From: Geosiphon pyriformis uo1
Taxonomy: Eukaryota; Fungi; Glomeromycota
Assembly: GCA_016748015.1 (NCBI GenBank)
Contig: JAAOMT010000706.1
Coordinates: 637,047-701,046, forward strand
DNA: 64,000 nucleotides
Direction of reading: 5' to 3'
The notes under the pieces were generated by a model. It saw only the letters and a list, made by a program, of their open reading frames with translations. It had not been told where the DNA came from and made no database searches. The position numbers and the translations under genes are program-made. Shown piece after piece: positions 13,398-27,617 of this stretch (positions within the stretch are counted from its first letter, which is position 1; each line of letters begins with the position of its first letter).

Positions 13398-16143
13398 TAT
13401 TACCAGCTGAAATATGAGATATTAATTAGCATGAAATTATTTTTATAATTTTTATTATTAACTAGTATATATTATTGTTTTAATTTTTTATTTATTATCT
13501 TATCAGATTATCTGAATTACTATTGAATTAATAACTTAATTTGTCAGATTATGCAATACACCGAACTATATAACATTCAGAATTCACCAAAATATTTAGT
13601 AATTTAATAAAATATTCAACAATTCACCGAAATAATTTATAATTCACAGAAATAACTTACAGTTTAATAAAATAGATCTTTAATTTGCCAAAATATTAGA
13701 AAAAAAGAGTTTTAGATCATAAAATAATACTACAACAAGTTATATAAAAGAAGAGCTTCTTTCTTCAAGAAAATATATCTTTGTTAGAATAAAAACTACT
13801 TTGAAAAACATAAAAATTCTTAAATATTTTTGTTTCGAAATTAATTATTTTATACTAATATTTTGAAATTGATTAGCTATCAATTTTAGTAATTGTTAAC
13901 AACTTCCAAACCTGGATTTGAAATAATCTCCTTGAGATATTTTCTTATTTCTTTTTTTTAAGTTTATTTTCTTTTTCTTTTTTGGTTTTTTTATATTATT
14001 AAGTAATTTACAATCGAAATTTTTTGTAGAACAATTAACTTTTACAGCAAAGTAACTACACACATTTTTAAAGAGCTTACAAATGAAATTTTCTTGTAAA
14101 AGAGTCGACTTTTACTGAAAAGTAACTATATAAATAATTGGCATAAAATTGGTTATTTCATTATAAATTCAACAACATACATAATTCAAAGTATAGAAAG
14201 ATATTTTGAAAGAAGAATTAGCTTATTGAAGTTTATCAACTTTAATTATCAACTTTAATTAACAACAAAATTAACAGCAAAAGAGCATTAACAATATTAA
14301 AAAAAAAGTAGAAAACCTCTGATAACATTTAGTGCTCTTTTAGAAATAATACAGCAACAATTAAATCAAAGTGGTAATTATATCTAATATAATAACTCTA
14401 AAGTACTATTAATTAATTTACACTCATTGCAAACAATAATTTGGAATCTGAGATGAAATCACAGCTTTTAAGAAAACATTTTTTCAATATATTAAGAATT
14501 GAATCAATAATTATTTTTTTAGAAATTACAATATTACTGAAATTAAAAAAAATCTTCTTAAAAACTTAATCTACTATTTAAACAGAAACTTAGAAGCTAT
14601 TAGTATTAATACTTGTACTATTTATTTTAAAAACTTGACTACTATATTATTAAGTTTTGTAAAAAAAAATATCCTGTTAACTCATAATTTGTTTTTGAAC
14701 TTAAATTAAAACCAAAAACAAGCAGCAAAAACACCAGACTTGTTTATATAACTTTTAATACACCAAAAACAATATTTAAACAGTTATATACATCTAAATA
14801 AAAAACAAACATTAAACTACCACTTTTAATTAAAGTTTTATCTAACAACCAAAATTAATTTATACTAATATTAATCTTCTTAATTATTTAGCTGTAATTA
14901 GGGTAAATATTCAGAAACTTTAGCCAATAAAAAAACATTTCCAAATTCATTAAAAAAGAAAAAAAAACAGCAAAAAACACACCAGTAATAATAAAAACAA
15001 AAATTTCTGAATTTTTAGAAAAAAACTTTGAAACCAGTCTTTAAAAATAGCTTAATAATGTCATTAAAGCTGAAAATAGCAACAAATAAAATGCAGCAAG
15101 AATACTAAAAACAATTTTTTACTTTTTATAAAAAATTGCAGCTAAATAGTTCAAAAACTTAATAGTATTTTTTGCTAATTAACAAGCTTTTAAAACTGCT
15201 TTTTTTAAACAGCTTACTAACAACAACACCTTAATTATTCTTTGAAATTACTTCTAAAATATTAGACAAAAAACCAACTAAATTTGTTATAATTTATTTT
15301 GAGAAATTTAACAAACTTTTTTAAAGAATCAAATAGTTAAAAAACAATAACTACTATTCAAATGCCTAATTATTAGATCAATTTATTATTAGACTAAAAA
15401 ATAAATTTATTAAAAAAGTTTAATTACATGTATTCAAAAATTTAATCACTGTTATAATATATGTTAAAAACTATAAAATAGCAATAGAAAAAACAAATTA
15501 CACAAAATTTGTCAACTTTGCTATTGGTAAAAACAGCTTAATTGTTAAAAAAAAAATTATCTAATTTATTAAAAAAGTTAAAATTTATTTTGCTAATTAA
15601 CAATAAAAGTATCAGCTCTTTTAATAATAAAACCCAAGCATTTTTTTATTATTATCTAACTTTAATAACTAAACCTATCAATCAAACTATCATTATAATA
15701 AAATTTCAGAATACTAAAAATATAATTGCCAAAAAATACTATAAGATCAATAATAAAAAAATAATCAATATTATTTTTTATTATAACAGCAATCAAAATT
15801 TTAATTCAGTTATTATTAGCCTGCTTTAATATTATAATTATATTATCAACTACTTTTAGTTTAAAGTTATTAATTACCAATAAGAAAATTAGTTCAACTC
15901 AACTAATTTATACTACAAAACTATTTTTAGTTAAATAATAACAACAGATTTGGTCTTAATAATTATTAGTACTTTGCAATAATAATTAATAGCCATCCAA
16001 ATATTTTTACATTTAATCTGGTTATCTTATAATATTAAAAGACCAGAATTTTCATCATATTGCACTTTTAAAAAATAAAGTTATAACACAACAGCAAAAT
16101 TTTTTTTATAACAATACCACAATCTTACTAGTAAAATTGCTAA
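13398..16143 (+). mobile_element. Gypsy copy A: 5' LTR (13398-13901), leader, degenerate gag; truncated by the next LTR
   Basis: LTR tattaccagctgaaat...aattgttaaca; leader repeats; gag aligns with copies C and D. Confidence 0.85.
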
Positions 16144-16429
16144 TATTATTAGCTAAAATTTGAAATATTAAATAGTATAAAATTATTTTTATAATTTCTA
16201 TTATTAATTAACATATATTATTATTTTAATTTATTATTTATTATTTAATTAATAATTTAATTTGTACAAAACACAAATGTAACCAAATTGTAATAATTAA
16301 ATTATATAATATGCTGAATTATATAATATTCAGAATTTGCCAAAATATTAGGAAAAAGAAAAGCGCTAGATTTTAAAATAATACTACAACAAATTGTATA
16401 AAAAAAAAGCTTTTTTTTTTGAAAAATGT
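16144..16429 (+). mobile_element. Gypsy copy B: partial LTR interrupted by copy C
   Basis: Begins tattattagctaaaatttgaaatatt (eroded LTR start), follows the LTR sequence with an internal deletion up to tgaaaaatgt, then a fresh LTR starts. Confidence 0.75.
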
Positions 16430-17010
16430 TGTTACCAACTGAAATTCGAGATATTATTTAGCATAAAATTATTTTTATAATTTTTATTATTAAAAAGCAT
16501 ATATTATTGTTTCAATTTATTACTTATTATTTTATCAAATTATATAAATTGTTATTCAATTAATAATCTAAATTATACAAAACATAAATAAGACCAAATT
16601 GCAATAATTAGATCATATAATACACTGAACTATGTAATATTCAAAATTTATTAAAACATTTAAATTTGAAAAAATATTTAATAGTTTACTGAAATAATTT
16701 ATAATTTACAGAAATAACTTATAGTTTAATAAAATATACTTTTAGTCACTAAAATATTAGGAAAAAAAAAGTGCTAAATTATAGAATAGTACTATAACAA
16801 GTTGAATCAAAGAAGAATTTTTCTTTTTAAAAAAATATATTTCAATTAGAATTCATTTTAATTAAAATCAATATCTTCTTTAATATCTTCTATAAAAATT
16901 AATTTCAATAAGACTTATTTTAAAAAACATAAAAATTCTTAACTATTTTTATTGTAAAATTAACCAATCCATATTAATATTTTGAAATTGATTAGCTACT
17001 AATTTCAGTA

Positions 17011-20000
17011 ATTATTAGCAACCAATTTCAGTAATTATTAACAATTTTTAGGCCTGGATCTGAAACAACTTTTTTAACATATTTTCTTATTTTTTTTTTT
17101 TAGTTTATTTTTTTTATATTATTAAATAGCCTATAGTCGAGATTTTTTGTAGAAGAGTTAACTTTTACAGCAAAGTAACTACACATATTTTGAAGAGCTT
17201 ACAAACAAAATATTTTTGTAAAAAGATTGACATTTACCACAAAGTAACTATACAAATAATTGGCATAAAATTGGCTATTTTATCATAAGTCTAATAGTAT
17301 ATATAATCCAAAGTATAAAAAAATGTTTTAAGAAAAGAATTGGCTTATTGAAAGTTTATTAATTTTTATTAAAAGCAGAATTAACAGCAAAATAGCATTA
17401 ACAACATTCAGAAAAAGGTAGAAAAATCTCTAGTAATATTTGATGTTCTTTTAAAAATAATGTAGTAACAACTAAATCAAAGTAGTAATTACATCAGACA
17501 TAATAACTTTAAAGTACTATTATTTAATTTACACTAACTATAAACAACAATTTGTAATTTAAAACAGAATTACAGCTTTTAAGAAAATACTTTTCTAATA
17601 CATCAAAAACCAAATCAACTATTATTTCTTTGGAAACTAAAACATTATAAAAGTCAAGCAAAACCTTTTTAAAAATCTTATTTACTATTCAAATAGAGAC
17701 CTAAAAAATATTAGTGCTAATAATTATATTATTTATTTTGAAAAACTTGATTACAATATCATTAAGTTTTATAAAAAAATACTCTGTTGACCTATAATTT
17801 GTTTTTAAACTTAAATTTGAATCTTAAACAAGCAGCAAAGACAAAAAAAATATCTGATTAGTTTATAATGTTCAACACACCAAAAACAATTTTTTAATAC
17901 TTACAAACACTTAAACAAGGAACCAGTTTTAAATTACCACTTTCAACTACACTTTTTTTTAGCTTTGCTTGCTCAAACACAAACACTAAATTCACCTCTT
18001 AATTGATTTTTAAAACCAAAAGACTTAAACAAAAGTTTAATCTAACAGCCAGAACTAATCTATATAAATATTAATCTTTTTAATTATTTAACAAAAAACC
18101 AAAGCAAATACTTAAAAACATTAGTCAATAAAAAAAACGTTTTTGAATCAATTAAAAAAGAAAAAAGAAATAAGATAAAAAAATTACAAATAATAAAAAA
18201 GATAAAAAAATAATTTCATATATTGCAAAAATTTTTGATCTTTCTAAAAAAATATCGAAACTAGTCCTTAAGAATAGCTTAAACATTTATTAAAGCAGAT
18301 GATACAAATAGATAGAATACAATTAGAATATTGAGAGCAATTTTTTATTTTCTCAAAAAAATTATAGGCAAAGGATTTAAAAACTTGGTCACTTTTTTTG
18401 TAAATTGAACAGTCTTCAAAAACTGCTTTTCTCAAACAGTTTACAAACAATGATACTTCAATCACTTTTTGAAACCATTTTTAAAACATCAAACAAGAAC
18501 CATTTAAGTCTGTTATAACTTATATTAGAAAATACAACAAACTTCTCAAAAATATTCAGCAATTAGAAACCAATGCTTACTATTCTAATACTCAAGTTTT
18601 AGATCAATTTATTCCTAATTTAAAAAATAAATTAATTAAAAAAGTTTACTCATATGCTTCAAAAAATTTAACCACTGTTATTTAACATGTCAAAAACTTT
18701 AAAATAGTTATAAATAAAGCAAATTACACAAAACTTGTTAACTTAGCAATTAGAAAAACTGGCTTAACAGTTGAAAAAAAATTGATTAGCTTACCAAAAA
18801 AGTTGAAACNNNNNNNNNNNNNNNNNNNNATTATTAGCAACCAATTTCAGTAATTATTAACAATTTTTAGGCCTGGATCTGAAACAACTTTTTTAACATA
18901 TTTTCTTATTTTTTTTTTTTAGTTTATTTTTTTTATATTATTAAATAGCCTATAGTCGAGATTTTTTGTAGAAGAGTTAACTTTTACAGCAAAGTAACTA
19001 CACATATTTTGAAGAGCTTACAAACAAAATATTTTTGTAAAAAGATTGACATTTACCACAAAGTAACTATACAAATAATTGGCATAAAATTGGCTATTTT
19101 ATCATAAGTCTAATAGTATATATAATCCAAAGTATAAAAAAATGTTTTAAGAAAAGAATTGGCTTATTGAAAGTTTATTAATTTTTATTAAAAGCAGAAT
19201 TAACAGCAAAATAGCATTAACAACATTCAGAAAAAGGTAGAAAAATCTCTAGTAATATTTGATGTTCTTTTAAAAATAATGTAGTAACAACTAAATCAAA
19301 GTAGTAATTACATCAGACATAATAACTTTAAAGTACTATTATTTAATTTACACTAACTATAAACAACAATTTGTAATTTAAAACAGAATTACAGCTTTTA
19401 AGAAAATACTTTTCTAATACATCAAAAACCAAATCAACTATTATTTCTTTGGAAACTAAAACATTATAAAAGTCAAGCAAAACCTTTTTAAAAATCTTAT
19501 TTACTATTCAAATAGAGACCTAAAAAATATTAGTGCTAATAATTATATTATTTATTTTGAAAAACTTGATTACAATATCATTAAGTTTTATAAAAAAATA
19601 CTCTGTTGACCTATAATTTGTTTTTAAACTTAAATTTGAATCTTAAACAAGCAGCAAAGACAAAAAAAATATCTGATTAGTTTATAATGTTCAACACACC
19701 AAAAACAATTTTTTAATACTTACAAACACTTAAACAAGGAACCAGTTTTAAATTACCACTTTCAACTACACTTTTTTTTAGCTTTGCTTGCTCAAACACA
19801 AACACTAAATTCACCTCTTAATTGATTTTTAAAACCAAAAGACTTAAACAAAAGTTTAATCTAACAGCCAGAACTAATCTATATAAATATTAATCTTTTT
19901 AATTATTTAACAAAAAACCAAAGCAAATACTTAAAAACATTAGTCAATAAAAAAAACGTTTTTGAATCAATTAAAAAAGAAAAAAGAAATAAGATAAAAA

Positions 20001-20628
20001 AATTACAAATAATAAAAAAGATAAAAAAATAATTTCATATATTGCAAAAATTTTTGATCTTTCTAAAAAAATATCGAAACTAGTCCTTAAGAATAGCTTA
20101 AACATTTATTAAAGCAGATGATACAAATAGATAGAATACAATTAGAATATTGAGAGCAATTTTTTATTTTCTCAAAAAAATTATAGGCAAAGGATTTAAA
20201 AACTTGGTCACTTTTTTTGTAAATTGAACAGTCTTCAAAAACTGCTTTTCTCAAACAGTTTACAAACAATGATACTTCAATCACTTTTTGAAACCATTTT
20301 TAAAACATCAAACAAGAACCATTTAAGTCTGTTATAACTTATATTAGAAAATACAACAAACTTCTCAAAAATATTCAGCAATTAGAAACCAATGCTTACT
20401 ATTCTAATACTCAAGTTTTAGATCAATTTATTCCTAATTTAAAAAATAAATTAATTAAAAAAGTTTACTCATATGCTTCAAAAAATTTAACCACTGTTAT
20501 TTAACATGTCAAAAACTTTAAAATAGTTATAAATAAAGCAAATTACACAAAACTTGTTAACTTAGCAATTAGAAAAACTGGCTTAACAGTTGAAAAAAAA
20601 TTGATTAGCTTACCAAAAAAGTTGAAAC
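17011..20628. repeat. 1799-bp direct duplication (17011-18809 and 18830-20628) flanking a 20-N gap; probable scaffolding artefact
   Basis: Both copies start attattagcaaccaatttcag and end agttgaaac; identical ORFs offset by 1819; Ns at 18810-18829. Confidence 0.95.
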
Positions 20629-22669
20629 TTATTTTGCCAATCAACAATAAAAGTACCAATTATTTTATCAATAAAACCAAAAAATTTTTTATTATTCAAC
20701 AATTTATTTTAACAATTAAACTGCTATTATTGTGAAATTTTTGAACATTAAAAACAGGATTGCAAAAAATAAAAAGAAACCAACAAAAACAAAATAATCA
20801 ATATTATTTTCTTTAACAACAGCAATTTTATAATTTATAATTATCTACTTACTACTTATCAAAATTTTAGTCTACTTATTATCAGCCTGTTTTACAATAA
20901 TCACAATAATACTATTAATTACTTCCAGTTCAAAGTTATTAACTATTAGTAAAAAAATTAGTTCAATTTAATCTATTTATATTACAAAACTATTTTCAGT
21001 TAACTAATAATAAAATTAGTTTTAACTATGTATTGATACTTTGCAACAAAAATTAACAGCTACTTAAATATTTTTATATTCAAATTAATTATTTTATAAT
21101 GCTAAAAGACCAAGATTTTTACTATATTGTACTTTCGAAAAATAAAGTTACAGCATAATAACAAAACTTTTTTCATAACAACACCATAATCTCATCAATA
21201 AAAATTGCCAAAAATACCAATATTTCAAACATATTTCTCTTTGAATTCGAAGCAAATAAATCATTATTTTTACTTAATAATATAATTACTTTAAAACAAA
21301 AAGCAAATACTACTATATATATAGAAATTGAAATTAAAAAAAAATTAATTTAATTGATTTTAGATAGTAGATTTGTTAAAAACATTATTATTTACTAATT
21401 GATACAACAATTAAAAAAAATGTAAACCAACTAGCTCAAACAGTAATTATTACTATTAATAATATGAAAAAAATACCAGTAGAAAAAATTAACAACTTTT
21501 TGTTTATAGTTAATAAAATTACTATTTTAATTAAAGTTTTTATTATGAATATATTTTAATATTAAGCTCTTATTAGAAATAATTGGCTTAAAACCAATGT
21601 AAATTTAGATTAAAAAACCTAAAAATCAAAGATTTTTTACCAAGATCAATACACCAGAGTACTTGTTACTTGTAGTACTTTTAACAAATAATTTAAGAAA
21701 GCTCTAATTTTGAATTTGAAAAAAAAACCCAATAACTGAAACTTATATGACTTTTAACTTTTGGTTTAATTGGGCTGAAAAAACTAAACAATTATTTAAA
21801 ATATTTATATTACAATCAATATTTTCATAGCTTAAAAAAATTAGTCAACAATTTATCTTTATAATTAAATTAGTTAACAGTTAGTATGTTTTATATTTAA
21901 ACCAAAACCAAAAAACAACTATTCTATATTGTACTAAAATACAAAAATTATAATAAAAAGCTTTTATTCATAGAAGCTTACATATTATTAAAAAAAAATA
22001 TAAAACTTATATCTGTTATTACTGTAAAGCCTACTACTAAGAATAATTTGAAAGCTCAAAATACAGTAGAAAATAAGAAAACACACTTTATTTCACATGT
22101 GAAAAACTACTGCTTAAAAAATACAACTGGATCAAGATTGCAATAAAAAAAAATATAATTAAACCTGTTAATATGTTTTTTCTATTTTTGAGAAAGTAAA
22201 ATATGAAACACTATTTACAGCAGTCTATAACAGCACTTTTAATAAACTCTATTATTATCCACATAATGCCAAAATAATCTAAAAATTAGCTATAGTTCTG
22301 ATTAATAAAGAAACAAAAAAAATATTCATCAAATAAAAAAAGCAGAATATATTGAATACACAATAAAATTAGCCAGATTTAATTACAAAAATGAAGTGAA
22401 ATTTTACCACTTAACTTCTAGCCATGTTTGCCTTTCAAAAAAAACTTAAATTTAATAATTAAAACAAATAAACATTTAGTTTTGTAAAAAATGTATCATG
22501 TTTTGTAATGTTATATAATGTTTTAAATATTATGCTTTTAGCATATTATTATCTATTGAAAATTACCAAGAAGAAATTAAATTTAGAAAATTGAAGAAGA
22601 AGTTCTAAAAATTTCAATCTACTTTACCAAAAATCAACTTATCTTACTCCTTAAATACTTTAATAACAA

Positions 22670-23075
22670 TAGGCAAGAAATCAAGCTAGAAAAAACTCAT
22701 AAAAATAATGGTAAATATAACCTATGATATCCCAAAAAAATACTTTAACATTACAACCAAAATTCTTAACCAAAATCAACCTTAAAATTGTTTTTGAAAT
22801 TCCACCAAAAGCAATAGTACAAATTGCTTCCCACTTATCACTGGCAAGCAAAAAAATCAACATTAGAGGAGGAATTATCGATGCAGGATATACTAAAGAC
22901 ATTATAGTAATGCTCTAAAATAAAACCGAAAATTTTTTTATAATTAAACATGCTAAAAAAATTGCCCAAGCTATTTATTTATCCATAATCAACATTTCGG
23001 GTCTGCAATCAGTCAAAAATCGAAAAAAATTTGGCAAAAGTGAAAAGAAACTCAAAGTTTTGGATTAACTGGACA
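22670..23075 (+). pseudogene. dUTPase domain within the Gypsy polyprotein
   Basis: QIASHLSLASKKI (motif II, RSS/GLA), GGIIDAGYT (motif III), KKIAQAI (motif IV) and a frameshifted QSFGLTG (motif V, GFGSTG). Confidence 0.88.
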
Positions 23076-26000
23076 ATTTATAATTCTAGTAAATATAGTT
23101 CTCAATGTACAAAACAAATCTTATCAGATTTTTAGATTACCAAGAACAATTACTATCTTACTTTTTAGAAAAATTCATAAAGCATACGCCTGTATAATAC
23201 TTATTACTATTTAACAAATTTTTAAATCAAATGAACAAATTTACAAGAACATAGAATTTCAATTTTAAATATTTTTTTGCCCAAAGGAATTAAAGAATTT
23301 AATATCACTTTTTACAATCCTAACAATTACTCCATCATATTAGATAATCATTTAAAAATCGAAATTATTTACAGTAGCATTTTTCAACAAGAGTTACCAC
23401 AAATAGTTTTAAATTTTACAGAAATAATTAGACATTCCCTTCTGAAATTCAACTCAACTCTTACTATTAAAAATTATCATATTGTAATTAAAAAATTATT
23501 TCGAATTAATATGGGAAAATTAAAACCACAACAACAAAAACAATTCAAAAAACTAATTGCCAAACATGTTAATATATTCACCAAAACACCAACAAGCATA
23601 TTAAGTCTCACCAAAAAGCCACCAATTTATCTAAAAAAAAGTCCAACAAACGCTTAAAAATAGGCTCATCCAATCATTAATAGGTTCATGGACTTTACCA
23701 GTAATTTTTATCAAAAAAAAAGGAAAAATACGTTTTTGTGTCAGCTACTGCCAACTAAATAGTATTACAATTAAAGATACCTATTTCTTATCACGAATTG
23801 ATGACATGCTAGATGCTTTTGGCAAATCCAAATATTTTTCAACATTGGATTTAGAAAGTGAATATTGACAAATTACAATAGATTTCAAAGACTACTTCAA
23901 AACAGCTTTCACTATCCAAAGAAAAAATTATAAGTTCAATATAATATTATTCGGATTATGTAATACAGCAGCAACATTTCAGAGACTTATAGATGTTATT
24001 TATGCTGAACTCTTTTAGAAGTCAATAGTTGTCTATCTCAATGATACTGATGTTTATTTATTATTATTCAAAACTTATTTAATTTATCTGTAAGAAGTTT
24101 TTCAATGATTATGAAAAGCAAAATTGAAATTAAACATTGAAAAATATCATTTTGGAAAGACCAGCTTGGCCTTTCTAGATTACATTGTCAATAGAAAAGA
24201 AGTCAAATCTGATTCAAAAAAAATTAGCATTATTAAAAACTTCAAGGTTCTGTAAAATACTACCAAATTAAGAGGATTTATTGAATTAGCATTTTATTAT
24301 TGAAAATTCATTAAAAAATTTTCTGAAATTGCCAAACCATTAAATTATCTAACCAACAAAAACATCGAATACAAATAGACTTCAACACAATATAAAACCT
24401 TCACAACAGCACTAATTTTAGCTTATTCCGACTTTAATAAAAAGTTTTAACTAGGTACAAATACTTTATATACAGCTTTTCATGCTATATTATCTCAATT
24501 AAATAACAATGGCAATAAAAAAGTAATCGCCTATGCTAACAGAACACTAAAGCCAGCAAAAAAAAATCACTCTGCTATTGAATTAGAAATAGCAGTAGTA
24601 ATTTGGGTCTTATACTATTTTGATCTCTATTTTAAGCTTAAAAAATTCAATATTATTACAGATAATATTAGATTCAAATAGTTACAAAACAAAAACTCCA
24701 AACTAAACACAAAATAAACTTAATAGACAGGATTTCTTGCAAATTTTAAATACACTATATATTACAAACCAGAAAAACTTCATACAAATATCGATTGTCT
24801 TTTAAGAATAAGACTAGAAACTACAATTACCACCCAATTCAACCAACAAAAACAGCAACAAAACAACAAATAATGAATTCTAAAAACTATAACAATTTTA
24901 AACAATACTTGAAAACATTTACAACACCAAAAAATTAGTCTTTAAGTAAAACATATCGACTACAATACCAAACAAAACAATATTTTATACACAACAACTT
25001 TATTTATTATTGAAATTACAAAAACCTAAACAATTCATTCAGAGTAATTTAAGAACATAAAAAAAACAATCTTATATAATATGTACTTGGATTTTTTAAC
25101 AGCATATTTCAGAAAAAACAGCACAATCCAAAGAACATTAGAACACTATTTTTGGCTCCAAATGAAAAAAAATATTCATTAATATGTCAAATTCTGTAAT
25201 AATTGTCAAAAAAAAGAAGGAACACATCTGATAAAGCCCTTAAATCCAATTAATATTAAACAACTTTTTTATTGAGTTGGTATCAATTTAGTCAAATTAC
25301 TATTTATTACAACTCAAAAAAACTGATATATTACAGTTGCAATAGATTATCTAACAAATGGCCTAAAGCAAGAGCAATTTAATAAGCAGATACAAAATCA
25401 GTTGCAAATTTCATTTATGAAGACATAATTTATAGACATAAATACTTAATTAAACTTTTATTTGATCAAGAAACACACTTTGTAAATAATTTAATACAAA
25501 AAATTTGTAAATAATTCAATATTAAAAGATTTTTATTTTTACGTTATTACTTACAGACAAATAGATTTGTAAAATGTTTTAACCGAATACTTTGTAAATT
25601 ATCAGCCAAAGTTTCAACAAAAATAAGATCTTTTTATTTCATCAGTATTATTAGCATATAAAACATTAAAACAAGATATTATAAAACACATACTATTTGA
25701 TCTAATATATAAAAAACAGCAATATTTCCAATTAATTTTATGATATAACTCTATTCAGCTCAATTGATTACAGAAAAAAACTTTTAGAAAACACTACAAA
25801 AAAGAGCTTACATATTTTTCAGTATACTGAAAAAAAAATAACAAATTACAGCCATTTATATAAAACACTTTTAAGCTTAACAAAAAAAATGACATGACAA
25901 CAAATTGTTACCAATTATCAACAAATTTAAAGTTGAAAATAAAGTTCTCTTACATAAAACTAAGGCTAAAAAACAATGAAATAAAAAATTTGATCATAAA

Positions 26001-27617
26001 TAGGATGAACCATTTTATATACATAAAATTCTAGAAAATAGATTATAGAAATTAAGACTTGATAATAAAATTTTAAAGAAAATTATACATAATAACAGAT
26101 TTAAACACTATTATTTTAGAACCAATCCTGAATTTTTAATTCTACAAATTGGTACACAATTTTTCATAGTTAATTTTGAAGATATTTTTTAAAATTTAAA
26201 ATTACTAATTGTTATTAAACAACTTCTAAATCTAAATATTTAACATTTAAATTTAAATTTTTTTCTATAGTTATTTTTTAAAGTTTAGAAACAAGTTCAC
26301 AAAAACAAAAATAATTTCAATTTTTTACTTTTAATTAACTATTATAATTATTCCTTAAAATATTCAGCAACTATTCTAAAAATTAATATTAGTTTTAAAA
26401 ACACTATTTGAATTATTTATTACTATTACTGAAAAACACATTAATTATATTCAGACAGAATTAGTTATAACTTTATTTATAAATTCATAAAATTACTATC
26501 TTAATAGAAAAAACACAAAATATTATTCTGGAATTCATTTATTAGGACTTTTAATATAAGTTTTAAGAGAGAATTTAATGTTAATATTTATTAACATTCC
26601 ACTAAATGTCATAATTCAACAAAAACTTCAATAGTGTTTTAACTAACAAAGCAATAAATACTTTTTAATTTATAAATATTTCTATTTTAAAAAAATACTT
26701 TATGAAAAAAGACTGGATTTCAAAACAGCAAACCTTATAATTAAAACTATTTAAAAACAATTTCACAACAAATTTAAGACAACAGACAGATTAACAAACA
26801 CCTGCTACAAACTTAGAGCAGCTTTTAGGCTCTATGACCTATTTCACGCTTGTAAAAACATTCTACAAAACTCAATTTTACAATCCTTAAAAATTCAATA
26901 CATCGAAAAGCTTATAGAACTAAAATTTTAACAATTTTCAAACCAAATTTTTTCAATAATTTTGGATTGCTATTTGAAAATTACAGATAGTATTTGGACT
27001 TTGACAGAGCTCAGTCTTAAAGAAAAAGTTATGTTACCAGCTGAAATTCGAGATATTATTTAACATAAAATTATCTTGATAATTTCTATTATTAAATAGC
27101 ATATATTATCATTTCAATTTATTACTTATTATCTTATCAAATGATTCAAATTATTATTCAATTAATAACCTAATTTATACAGAACACAAATAAAACCAAA
27201 TTGCAATGATTAGATTATGTAATACACTAAACTATGTAATATTTAGAATTTGCCAAAATATTTAGTAATTTGATAAAATATTTAACAGTTTACCAGAATA
27301 ATCTATAGTTCGCAAAAGTAACTAGTAGTTTGATGAAATATATCTTTAATCATCAAAATATTAGAAAAAAAAAGTGCTAGATCATAGAATAGTACTACAA
27401 CAAATTATATAAAAAAAGAGCTTCTCTCTTTGAAAAAATGTATCTCAGCTAAAATTTATTTTAATTAGAATTAATATTTTTCCTAGTATCTTCTATACAA
27501 ATCAATTCCAATAAAGCTTACTTTGAAAAACATAAAAATTTTAACTATTCTTATTGCAAAATTAACCATTCTATACTAAAATTTTGAAATTGATTAGCTA
27601 CCAATTTCAATATCCGT

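Larger units (their letters stand above)
16430..27617 (+). mobile_element. Gypsy copy C: near full-length Ty3/Gypsy retrotransposon (5' LTR 16430-17043; gag, CCHC, protease, dUTPase, RT, RNase H, integrase, extra ORF; 3' LTR 27032-27617), dead
   Basis: LTRs start tgttacca(a/g)ctgaaattcgagat. Gag zinc knuckle CYYCEIFEH*KQDC at about 20723. Protease LILDS(R) at about 21353. RT GSWTLPV..RFCVSYCQLN..IDDMLD..YFSTLDL and VYLND at 24031. RNase H IAYANRTL. Integrase with GPF/Y-like *DEPFYI at about 26000. Purine tract aaagaaaaag before the 3' LTR. RT-RH-IN order indicates Gypsy. Confidence 0.92.

Noticed and set aside
26100-26200. Chromodomain at the integrase C-terminus
   Set aside because: No YLVKW-like motif visible after the GPF/Y region, though erosion limits certainty.
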